IMG/VR virus record: IMGVR_UViG_3300033076_001308
Location: 1-43,707 of that record
Reading direction: 5' to 3' (one strand)
DNA: 43,707 nucleotides
Origin: a virus
Taxonomy: Duplodnaviria; Caudoviricetes
Shown: positions 36,493 to 43,707 of the stretch, one piece after another
How the letters are laid out: the number at the start of each line of letters is the position of its first letter
Numbering within the stretch: the stretch's first letter is position 1
Position numbers and translations under genes: made by a program
Notes under the pieces: model-generated
Databases searched by the model: none
What the model was told of the DNA's origin: nothing
What the model saw: the letters and a program-made list of their open reading frames with translations, nothing else

Positions 36493-39027
36493 ATGAGCGC
36501 GTTCCTCGACTTCCTGGAGTGGGTGAAGGAGCCTGGACAGGCGAGCCTCAACGTGCTGTCCGGGCGGCCCGACGCCGCCAAGCGCCACCTGCTGGACTTC
36601 CTGGCTGGGCCGGTGGACGCGGTACTGCCCGGGGACGTGCTGCCCGAGCAGGCCGGGCCCGAAGACGAGGCCGCCCCCACCGGAAACCAGACGATCGACG
36701 ACCTGCTCGGGGCCGCCGTCAACCCGATCACCTACCTGCCGCTGTCGCCCACAGTGCGGCGGGCGGCGCTGCAGGCTGGGAAGTCGGCCATCCGCCCGAC
36801 CTGGGCGCCCGAGCCGGTCCAGGATTTCATGGGCAAGGTCCGGCGCACCGCGGGCTGGGACGCCCTCGACCCGAACATCGACGAGAAGATCCGCAGCGCC
36901 GGGGCGCTGGGGGCGATGACGGGCCGCTCGGGGTCGGCGTACTTGGAGTCCATGGTCGGGAACCGCGTCGGTACCCTGGGCCGCACCGAAGATGAGGCCC
37001 TGGCCGACGTCATCGACAACATGCGCCGTGACGCCCAGGGCAAGCCGCTCTGGGATCCCGCCAACCCGGCTGCCGTGCGCCTGGACCAGACGATGGGTCC
37101 GGGCAACTACACGGGGGCCGCCGGTGAACCGCTGCACGTCCGCATCGCCAAGGCCCAGGGCCGGCTCGACCTCTGGCGCCAAGCGAACCCGGGCAAACTC
37201 GACGCCAGCCGGGTCAACGGGCTGAAGGATCTGCTGGCGGACTACTACCAGTTCGCCGACACGCAGTTGGCCGAGGCCAAGTCCATCGGCGCCCTGGCCC
37301 CGGACCAGACCCAGGCCGACTACCTGCAGCGCATCTACGAGAACGCGCCGGGCCGTGCCGGGGCGGGGGCTGGCCGTGTGTTCGAGGACCCGGAGAAGAT
37401 CGCCGAGTTCCTGGCCACGAGCCCGAAAGATGTGAACCTGAACCGCTCGTTCGTCGAGCGTGCCGCCGTCCGTGCCGAGGGGCAGGCGAACTTGGTGCGC
37501 AAGGCGAAACTCGCCGAGTCCCTGGGCATCACCGACCCGCTCTACTCCGAGGGCTTCAAGACCGCGGCGGGTGCGCGGCTCAAGCCGTTCGAGGCCACCG
37601 GGGATGACACCTACCAGCGCCTGCGCTACGAACTGAACATGGACGGCATCGCCGACCCTGGGCCGGTCGAGAAGGTGATGATGCGGGTGAATCGGATCTT
37701 CAAGCCCGCGGCGGTCTATGGCGTGGGGCCGTTCGTGCGCGTGGGCTCGATCTTCCGTAACCAGTTGACCGAGGTGCAGCAGCGCCTCACCGACCCGCAA
37801 CTGGCCGCCGCAGCGGCCAAGGACCCGGCGTACTTTGCCCGGAACATCTGGGGGGCGTTCAACGACGCGCTGTCGGATATGACTGGGAAGCGGGTGTCGA
37901 AGGATGAACTGGGCGAGGCCTTCGAGTTGCTGAAGACCGCGGGCACCACCGGCAAAGGCGAGGCCCTGGGCCAAGTCGCCGAACTGCGCCGGCTCGGGCG
38001 CGGCAGCCAGGTGGCCGAGACGATGGCCGAGGCCCTGGAGCATGGCGTCCTGGAAGGCTTCGCCCGGAGCGAAACCCTGGGCACCAACCTCGTCGCCCGC
38101 GGCGGCAGCATGCCGTCGTGGATGCAGTATTGGTTCGTGCCCGGCAACAAGGGGTTTAACATGGGGCAGTCGCTGTTCTCCGGGCTGGAGAACCGCATGC
38201 GCTACACCATGTTCTCGGATCTGCGCAAAGCCGGCGTACCACCGGCGGAAGCCGCCCGGCGGGTGGATGATGCGGCCCTCGACTACTCGGTGTCCAGCAC
38301 CGGGAACCGGAACCTCCGTGCGTGGTTCCCGTTCGCCCAGTTCGCCCTGCAGACCATCCCGCAGCAGGCCAAGTTCGCCGCGGCGGTGCCCGGGGCCCTG
38401 ACCGGAACTGCTGCGTTGTTCAACACCCAGGACGAACCGGATTTCGCCCCCTACCAAGTGACGAAATCCGGCCTCTCCACGGGCGCCGAGTCCCGGCTGC
38501 AGGGCCTGGGCAGCCCGGCCGAGGTGTTTAACCTGTTCCCGGCCGAACTGGGTAGCCTGGGCGCCGCGAGCGAGGCCCTGCGCCAGGGGCCGGGGTCCAT
38601 GCTGCATCCGCTGCCGAAGACCGCGGTGCAGTTGCTCACCGGCGAAGACCTGTTCCGTGGGCAGGAGTGGGATCCGCGCTTGCCGGGGCGCACGATGAAG
38701 GACGAGCGCACCGTCGCCGATACCATGTGGGGCATCGGCGAGTCCGCGGGCCTGCTCACTCCGCTGGGCTCTCCGGCTCGGGCGGCACTGGGGGTAAGCA
38801 ACGATCCAATTTCAGGCGGCGTCCGCTTCCTGACTGGCCTCGAGTCCGTTGGGGCCGACGCGCTTCGCGCCGAAGCGCAGCGTCTTCAGTCTGCTCTCGG
38901 GAATGAACCGACGATCCGTGAGTCAACGCTGTTCTACGCTGGCGAATCTGCTCCCCAAGACGCGCTCGATCAGTTGGATCGGCTTCAGAAAGTTCGCAAG
39001 GAACTCGCGGCACGGGCTGCCCAGTAG
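36493..39027 (+). CDS. Large internal virion/DNA ejection protein
   Basis: 844 aa; ENRMRYTMF...AARRVDDAALDYS...RAWFPFAQF and HPLPKTAVQLLTGEDLFRG motifs typical of large phage ejection proteins. Confidence 0.7.
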   Translation: MSAFLDFLEWVKEPGQASLNVLSGRPDAAKRHLLDFLAGPVDAVLPGDVLPEQAGPEDEAAPTGNQTIDDLLGAAVNPITYLPLSPTVRRAALQAGKSAIRPTWAPEPVQDFMGKVRRTAGWDALDPNIDEKIRSAGALGAMTGRSGSAYLESMVGNRVGTLGRTEDEALADVIDNMRRDAQGKPLWDPANPAAVRLDQTMGPGNYTGAAGEPLHVRIAKAQGRLDLWRQANPGKLDASRVNGLKDLLADYYQFADTQLAEAKSIGALAPDQTQADYLQRIYENAPGRAGAGAGRVFEDPEKIAEFLATSPKDVNLNRSFVERAAVRAEGQANLVRKAKLAESLGITDPLYSEGFKTAAGARLKPFEATGDDTYQRLRYELNMDGIADPGPVEKVMMRVNRIFKPAAVYGVGPFVRVGSIFRNQLTEVQQRLTDPQLAAAAAKDPAYFARNIWGAFNDALSDMTGKRVSKDELGEAFELLKTAGTTGKGEALGQVAELRRLGRGSQVAETMAEALEHGVLEGFARSETLGTNLVARGGSMPSWMQYWFVPGNKGFNMGQSLFSGLENRMRYTMFSDLRKAGVPPAEAARRVDDAALDYSVSSTGNRNLRAWFPFAQFALQTIPQQAKFAAAVPGALTGTAALFNTQDEPDFAPYQVTKSGLSTGAESRLQGLGSPAEVFNLFPAELGSLGAASEALRQGPGSMLHPLPKTAVQLLTGEDLFRGQEWDPRLPGRTMKDERTVADTMWGIGESAGLLTPLGSPARAALGVSNDPISGGVRFLTGLESVGADALRAEAQRLQSALGNEPTIRESTLFYAGESAPQDALDQLDRLQKVRKELAARAAQ

Positions 39028-39208
39028 CCGCCAGGGCCGCACGCAGGGAGGTGATCTCGGCCACCGCCCAGCCCAGGGCCCACAGTTTGCTGCCGAACGT
39101 GATCTCGTTGGTCGCCCGCTTCGCTTCGTTCTTGACGAGCAAGCGAACGATGAGGTCGAGGCCGTCGCCGTCGTACTGGCCGGTGAAGATGTAGGGGTCG
39201 CGGCTCAT
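38756..39208 (-). CDS. Hypothetical protein; 3' part overlaps the ejection gene antisense
   Basis: ATG at 39208 overlaps the resolvase stop, with GGAG SD; first in-frame stop is at 38756. Confidence 0.55.
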   Translation of the reverse strand: MSRDPYIFTGQYDGDGLDLIVRLLVKNEAKRATNEITFGSKLWALGWAVAEITSLRAALAATGQPVPRVPCELSEADPTDRARLGEQIRQRRTALTHGSSVHSREQTEDAALRREARRPQRTRGQSGSGRRLKLDRCLPPVPPEPESPAE

Positions 39209-39657
39209 AGGTTCTCCAGGAACTCAGGGAACGTGGTCCATTTCTCAGGGGCCCGGGCCTGGAACCACAGCATGGCCTGGGCATCGCGGAGGTCTTTGTT
39301 CTTCGCCGTGCATTTCGCCAGCCGGTGGCGCACGGTGAGTTCGTACCCCATGGTCCAGGCATGGGACGGGGCCACCAGCACACGCAGCCCGCTGCCGTAG
39401 CCCCATTGGTGCAGGGCCTGGGCCTGGGCGATGTTCCAGATGGTCCACCGGCGTTTCTGGTGGGCGATGGCTTTCGAGTCCGTGTAGTCGAGGGCGCTGG
39501 CGACCTCGAACAACACGTCGCCCGTCTGCCCTGCCAGGGCCAGCATCACGAGGTTGAGAGATGGGGCGCCCGTGCAGATCATCGACCCGTCAGCGCGGAC
39601 GGCGTGGATGCGGCGCAGGTCGCAGTCGATGGCGGCGAGGACAGGCATCCGGGCCAT
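39205..39657 (-). CDS. RuvC-like Holliday junction resolvase
   Basis: VLAAIDCD...VLFEV...PSHAW...KDLRDAQAM acidic pattern of the RuvC/RNase H fold. Confidence 0.7.
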   Translation of the reverse strand: MARMPVLAAIDCDLRRIHAVRADGSMICTGAPSLNLVMLALAGQTGDVLFEVASALDYTDSKAIAHQKRRWTIWNIAQAQALHQWGYGSGLRVLVAPSHAWTMGYELTVRHRLAKCTAKNKDLRDAQAMLWFQARAPEKWTTFPEFLENL

Positions 39658-39672
39658 GGTGTCGAAACCACC

Positions 39673-39707
39673 AAAAAGAAAAAGCCCCCAGGCGTGAGCC
39701 TGGGGGC
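39673..39707 (-). terminator. Rho-independent terminator
   Basis: Minus strand GCCCCCAGGC-TCAC-GCCTGGGGGC-TTTTTCTTTTT. Confidence 0.9.
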
Positions 39708-39721
39708 AGGGGGCCGGCTGG

Positions 39722-39931
39722 TTACTTGGCCTGAGCCTTGGACTTGGCGAGGGCCTTGGCGGCCTTGGCCACCTGGGCCGTGCGCTTGCGCACCAGGGCC
39801 TTGGCGGCGGTCTTGATCTTCACCAGTTTCGCGTACCGGGCCTCGACGGAAGCGAGGCGCTTCTCGGCGAGTTTCAGCGCGTATTCAGCGCGGACGAGGA
39901 CTTCGGGGAGGGGGAGGGCGGGATTGGCCAT
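39722..39931 (-). CDS. Small very basic K/A-rich protein (possible DNA binding)
   Basis: 69 aa, GAGGAG SD, followed by a terminator. Confidence 0.75.
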   Translation of the reverse strand: MANPALPLPEVLVRAEYALKLAEKRLASVEARYAKLVKIKTAAKALVRKRTAQVAKAAKALAKSKAQAK

Positions 39932-39952
39932 GATGGGCTCCTCGGCAGTTGG

Positions 39953-40174
39953 TTAGTTAGGTTCGACGCTGCCGGCGTCGGGAGGGGGAGTGGGGACCGG
40001 GGCGACCCGGTTCACGAAGGCGTCGGACAACAGGGCCGCGGCGGTGCTGGCGACACGCTGGGCGGGCGACAGTTCGCCGGGCTTCGAGAAGTCGACCGGG
40101 GAATCGGGAACGAACTCCATGGTGACGGAGCCAGTGAGGTCGTCATCACGGAAGATGAGGGAGACGGAGGGCAT
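39953..40174 (-). CDS. Small hypothetical protein (MPSVSLIFRDDD...)
   Basis: 73 aa, TAATG coupling. Confidence 0.7.
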   Translation of the reverse strand: MPSVSLIFRDDDLTGSVTMEFVPDSPVDFSKPGELSPAQRVASTAAALLSDAFVNRVAPVPTPPPDAGSVEPN

Positions 40175-40389
40175 TACGGATCCTGGGGCAGGGGGGTCGT
40201 GGGGGTCAACGTGGTGGGGCCTTTGTACTCGCGCCCCTGCATGGAGGCGAGGTCGGGCACTTCGATCTGGCCGCGGGCATAGGCCCACAGCAGTTTGCGG
40301 AGCAGGGCCGTGCGGTTCAGCCCGGTACGGGCGCACACGAAGTCGATGCAGGCCATGTCGGCGGGCTTGAAGGAAATGAGCGTACTCAT
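40174..40389 (-). CDS. Ribbon-helix-helix-like DNA-binding protein
   Basis: TLISFKPADMACIDFVCARTGLNRTALLRKLL fits the RHH strand-helix-G-helix pattern. Confidence 0.6.
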   Translation of the reverse strand: MSTLISFKPADMACIDFVCARTGLNRTALLRKLLWAYARGQIEVPDLASMQGREYKGPTTLTPTTPLPQDP

Positions 40390-41201
40390 AGAGGTCCCGT
40401 GCTGGTGATGTGGATGGCCTTGTCGACCTCGACCGGGACACCGGCGGGCGGCAGCACCTTGTCGCGGCACGTTGCGACATGGGGGCAGAACGTCGACTGG
40501 CAGTGGCTACCGATGCGCGGCGTGCAGCGGACGAACAACTGCTTGCTGCGGAGGTAGCCGATGTAGTCGTGTATCTGCGTTATATACTCTTTTATATACT
40601 CATTGGTGAAGTCAACACTGACGAGCATCGCCCATTGGGCCTTCGGGCCATCGACGTAGAGGATGTGCCCGGTGGTCGCTTCGGGCACCATGATCTTGTA
40701 GCCGACCAACTGCGCGAGGTGTTCGCCCTTCATCCGGTTGTGGTCCGGCTTCCGGCTGGTGGTCTTCAGGTCGACGATCGTGGTGCGGTCCTGGGATAGG
40801 AAGTCGATGTGCCCGGTGAGCCGCTTGCGCGGAGCCTTCACGGCGAGTTCGGCCAGCCACAGTTGGCCGTCCGGGGCACGGGGCATGTGGACCATGGCGA
40901 GGCCAGCGGCTTTCTGGATGGCCTGCTCGGTGCGGGTAGGGTCGTTGTTGAACAGGTTGGCCGCGTTGTCGAGGATGGCCTGCTCCGGCGGGCCCTCGTG
41001 GTCCTTCGGGAAGATGCAGCCCATGGTGGTCTGCAGGCGGTAATGGATGCAGGTGCCGAGGTCGGCATAGGCGCTGGACTGGTTGCACCCAGGGACCTCG
41101 CCGGCTTCGATGGCAGCGCGGTCGAGGGCAGCGCGGTAATCGCACAGCAGGTAGGCGCCCAGGCTGGACGAGCGTGGGATGAAAACGGGGGGCTTGGACA
41201 T
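40386..41201 (-). CDS. PD-(D/E)XK nuclease, Cas4/RecB-like with Fe-S cysteines
   Basis: SSLGAYLLC, GTCIH, GHIDFL...IVDLKT, QLVGY, CQSTFCPHVATC. Confidence 0.88.
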   Translation of the reverse strand: MSKPPVFIPRSSSLGAYLLCDYRAALDRAAIEAGEVPGCNQSSAYADLGTCIHYRLQTTMGCIFPKDHEGPPEQAILDNAANLFNNDPTRTEQAIQKAAGLAMVHMPRAPDGQLWLAELAVKAPRKRLTGHIDFLSQDRTTIVDLKTTSRKPDHNRMKGEHLAQLVGYKIMVPEATTGHILYVDGPKAQWAMLVSVDFTNEYIKEYITQIHDYIGYLRSKQLFVRCTPRIGSHCQSTFCPHVATCRDKVLPPAGVPVEVDKAIHITSTGPL

Positions 41202-41220
41202 GGTGGCTCCATGAAGGTAG

Positions 41221-41255
41221 GAAAAGAGACGCCCCGAGGTTTCCCCCGGGGCGTC
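41221..41255 (-). terminator. Rho-independent terminator
   Basis: Minus strand GACGCCCCGGGG-GAAA-CCTCGGGGCGTC-TCTTTTC. Confidence 0.8.
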
Positions 41256-41284
41256 GATCCTGGGCTACGCACCCAGGCGGGGCA

Positions 41285-42244
41285 TCACAGCGCGGCGCAG
41301 GCCTTGAGGGCCGCCGTGATCTCGCTGTTCAGGGGGCGATCAGCCCCGGAGAGCCAGTCGCGCACCTTCTGCACGGTCGCAGGGTCGGCCGCGGCCTGCT
41401 GGATCCAGGCGCCGTAGGACTTCCAGACCTCGACGGCGTTGCCCTGGTTCGAGGCGTTGGTCACTTCCAAGGCATGTACCTTGAAGGTGTACCCGGCCTT
41501 GCTGGTCTTCTCCTGGCTCACGCTGCGGATCAGCGCAGGGAACTGCCCGATGCTGCCGGTCTTGGGATCGACCAGGGCCTGCAGGCTGGTCAGCGACTCG
41601 ACCACGCAGCCGTGGCCATAGGCGCTGGAGATGACCACCGGAGCGTCGACACCCGGCAGCCAGACCAGCAGTTCGAGGGCCGGCTTCAGGTGCCCGGCCT
41701 TGCTCGAAGCGTAATCGAACTTGGACTTGTCGACGGTCTTGGTGAACTGGTAGTTCTTCGCCGCGGCCATCAGCAACTTGACGCCATCGACGTCGGTGTT
41801 GGCGATGGCGACGGCATAGACCGGCTTGGGCTTGGACTTCTCGCCGCCGGGGTTGGCCGCGGCCTGGGCTTCGTTGTCGGCATAGCCAGCGGGCCATGCC
41901 GTCGCGTGGTAGCGGAAGCCCATCAGCACGCCCAGGATCGGCTTCTTGCCCGAGGGCAGGGCGTCCTGGAGTTCCTGGGGCATGGTCGCCAGGGGCTCGA
42001 ACATGCCGCCAGACGGTCCGCCGGTGACGTTGATGAGGGGGAAGCGGTCAGCCGCATCGGAGTTGCCGCCGGCGGAAACCGCCGCGTTGATGGCGTCCGC
42101 CATCGTCACGGTGCCGCTGGTGCCGCCGAGCATGGCGAGGGCGTTGGTGACACCGGCATCGACGGGGATGCTGGTGGGTTCCGCGTCCGGGGTGGCCGAA
42201 GCCTTGGCAGCGGGGGACGGGTTGGTGTACTTGCTGAGAGCCAT
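41285..42244 (-). CDS. Abundant replication-module protein, putative ssDNA-binding/annealing protein
   Basis: 319 aa; own promoter and terminator, strong codon bias, next to the exonuclease gene; function inferred from position only. Confidence 0.45.
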   Translation of the reverse strand: MALSKYTNPSPAAKASATPDAEPTSIPVDAGVTNALAMLGGTSGTVTMADAINAAVSAGGNSDAADRFPLINVTGGPSGGMFEPLATMPQELQDALPSGKKPILGVLMGFRYHATAWPAGYADNEAQAAANPGGEKSKPKPVYAVAIANTDVDGVKLLMAAAKNYQFTKTVDKSKFDYASSKAGHLKPALELLVWLPGVDAPVVISSAYGHGCVVESLTSLQALVDPKTGSIGQFPALIRSVSQEKTSKAGYTFKVHALEVTNASNQGNAVEVWKSYGAWIQQAAADPATVQKVRDWLSGADRPLNSEITAALKACAAL

Positions 42245-42261
42245 GATGGCGTCCTTCGAGA

Positions 42262-42316
42262 ACCCTGGTGCGCGACTCCAGGGCATTAGGATGAACCCGC
42301 TCGCGCTGGCGGGGTT
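42262..42316 (-). other. Two-hairpin 5' leader with complementary loops (kissing-loop pseudoknot candidate)
   Basis: Loop GCGCGA in hairpin 1 is complementary to loop UCGCGC in hairpin 2. Confidence 0.55.
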
Positions 42317-42321
42317 TGGTG

Positions 42322-42350
42322 ATTAGATAGTAGTATATAAACGTGTCAAG
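42322..42350 (-). promoter_or_regulatory. Putative promoter
   Basis: cTTGACA followed by AT-rich TATCTAAT (N14-16). Confidence 0.55.
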
Positions 42351-42984
42351 CCCACTGCTCGGAGGCGACCGGAGAACGCCCACTGCAGGACATCTGGATG
42401 GCGAGACGCTTCGCGTATTCGCGCTCTTCCATGGCTCTATGCACCGCGGCACCGACGTCGAACGGATCATCGGCTGTGGCCGGCACAGCCACCCACTCAC
42501 CTTCGATTTTCACCTGGACAGTGTTGGTGGCATTGGAGGGGGTCGTGGCCGCGGTCGTGGTCCTCGCGGCCCGCCCCAGAACCCGGTCGGCGACAGCCTT
42601 GCGCCGGGCGTCCCGCTTGGCCTTCGCGTATTCGACCTCCGGGGGTGCCTCGGATCTACGGTTCGTCAGCCCTAACTGCTGGCAGATCCCATGCCACAGG
42701 ACCGCAGCCATGCGGTTATCCACTGCGAACAGATGCCGTATGGCCGAGTAGACTTCAGGCGACATGGTCAACGGACTGACTGAGTTCAGCGGCGGAGTAG
42801 AATCGGTGAGCCGCACCCGTAGCGGAACTTCGGAACGGGCGACGAACGTGGCGATGCCGTGCAGCGCCTTCGGAACGACACGGCCCTCGAAGGTAATGTC
42901 GCTGTTCGGCCATTTGAGGATGTGGCCAGCGTGATCCATGTGGATGGCTCCAGTGGCGTTGGTAGGGGGGAGGATGTCAGCCAC
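42346..42984 (-). CDS. Hypothetical protein
   Basis: GTG at 42984 with GAGG SD overlapping the helicase end (alternative ATG at 42939). Confidence 0.65.
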   Translation of the reverse strand: MADILPPTNATGAIHMDHAGHILKWPNSDITFEGRVVPKALHGIATFVARSEVPLRVRLTDSTPPLNSVSPLTMSPEVYSAIRHLFAVDNRMAAVLWHGICQQLGLTNRRSEAPPEVEYAKAKRDARRKAVADRVLGRAARTTTAATTPSNATNTVQVKIEGEWVAVPATADDPFDVGAAVHRAMEEREYAKRLAIQMSCSGRSPVASEQWA

Positions 42985-43707
42985 GGATACCTCGCTTGAG
43001 TTCCTGCCATTCGGCAGCCTGGGAATTGAACTCGTTACCATCGCGCAGGCGTTCGACGACACGGGCCTGCAGGACGTTGGCGACAAGGTCGATGTGGTGG
43101 GTTTCCTGGGTCTGTCCGCGCCGGGCAGTGCGGGCCAGGAACTGGGAGTAGTCGGCTGACTTCCACGGGTGGTCGACCATGACCGAGAACCGGGCACGGT
43201 AGAGGTCCATGGCGACGGCCGCCGCCGAGGCTTGGCCAAGGAACACCCGGACCTCGCCAGCCTGGAACTTGCGCTGGCACTCGCCCCGGGCATCGCCGGT
43301 CACTGAGCCATCGACCCGGACGAAGGTGACGCCGTCCTGCTCCATAGCCGCCTGGATGGCATCGAGGCTGGCCGTGTACTGGGCGCCGATGACCAGGGGC
43401 TCGTCAGGGTCTTCGGTCCAGAACGTGCGCAGCAGGTCGATCTTCTCCTCCAGGCCCGCCGCGCACAGCGCGTGTGCAGCCTCGCTTGCCGACATCAGTT
43501 CGGTGTTGCCGGACGCCAGCCGGGCCTCGACGACCCGCACGACCTCGTCTTCGAGGCTCGACCAGGGCGTGCCGATGCGCTCCTCGTGCAGGGTCTGATT
43601 GGGCAACTGGAAGGTCGCCCGCACTTCCGCGGACTGGGTGGTCAGGGCCACGACCCCGGCGTGGTCGAGGTACCGCATGAAGTCGGCGCGACCCTTGGCC
43701 CCCGGCT
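42977..43707 (-). CDS. SNF2-family helicase, C-terminal (HelicaseC) part
   Basis: RVDGSVTGDARGECQRKFQAG, AMDLYRA, QFLARTARRGQ (motif VI); in frame with 1..823, total 517 aa. Confidence 0.9.
   Translation of the reverse strand, partial: PGAKGRADFMRYLDHAGVVALTTQSAEVRATFQLPNQTLHEERIGTPWSSLEDEVVRVVEARLASGNTELMSASEAAHALCAAGLEEKIDLLRTFWTEDPDEPLVIGAQYTASLDAIQAAMEQDGVTFVRVDGSVTGDARGECQRKFQAGEVRVFLGQASAAAVAMDLYRARFSVMVDHPWKSADYSQFLARTARRGQTQETHHIDLVANVLQARVVERLRDGNEFNSQAAEWQELKRGIRG

Noticed and set aside
36157-38607. Long antisense ORFs (816 aa here; also 23580..25712, 25777..27705, 14616..16325, 3798..5852)
   Set aside because: Shadow ORFs from high GC3 codon bias opposite well-supported genes; no motifs.
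40386-41201. Cas4 as evidence of a CRISPR system
   Set aside because: Solo Cas4/RecB-like nucleases are routine in phage recombination modules.

Overview
The window looks like a complete, circularly permuted genome of a high-GC tailed dsDNA phage. A SNF2-type helicase gene reads in frame across the 43707/1 junction. No tape-measure gene is recognisable and there is a block of ejection-like genes, so a podovirus-like virion is inferred. Two arms diverge from a ~0.95 kb non-coding control region (13326-14272). The minus-strand arm (13325 -> 1/43707 -> ~38756) encodes a MoxR-like AAA+ ATPase with a metallopeptidase-VWA partner, many small accessory genes, a large P-loop (primase/helicase-like) protein, family A DNA polymerase, SNF2 helicase, a putative SSB, a Cas4/RecB-like nuclease and a RuvC-like resolvase. 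The plus-strand arm (14273-39027) encodes terminase, fibre and lysis-like genes, portal, scaffold, capsid, tail and internal virion proteins. I found no integrase, tRNA, CRISPR array or recognisable endolysin. The most unusual signals are non-coding: (i) a 362-bp symmetric element built from an ATCTGATAAGTGCA motif, with a 112-bp relative 6 kb away; (ii) a family of apparently leaderless late promoters with a fixed 15-bp spacer (TTGCNN-N15-TAGSCT-N6-ATG); (iii) a kissing-hairpin RNA leader in front of the putative SSB. All protein calls come from motif recognition by eye, not database searches.
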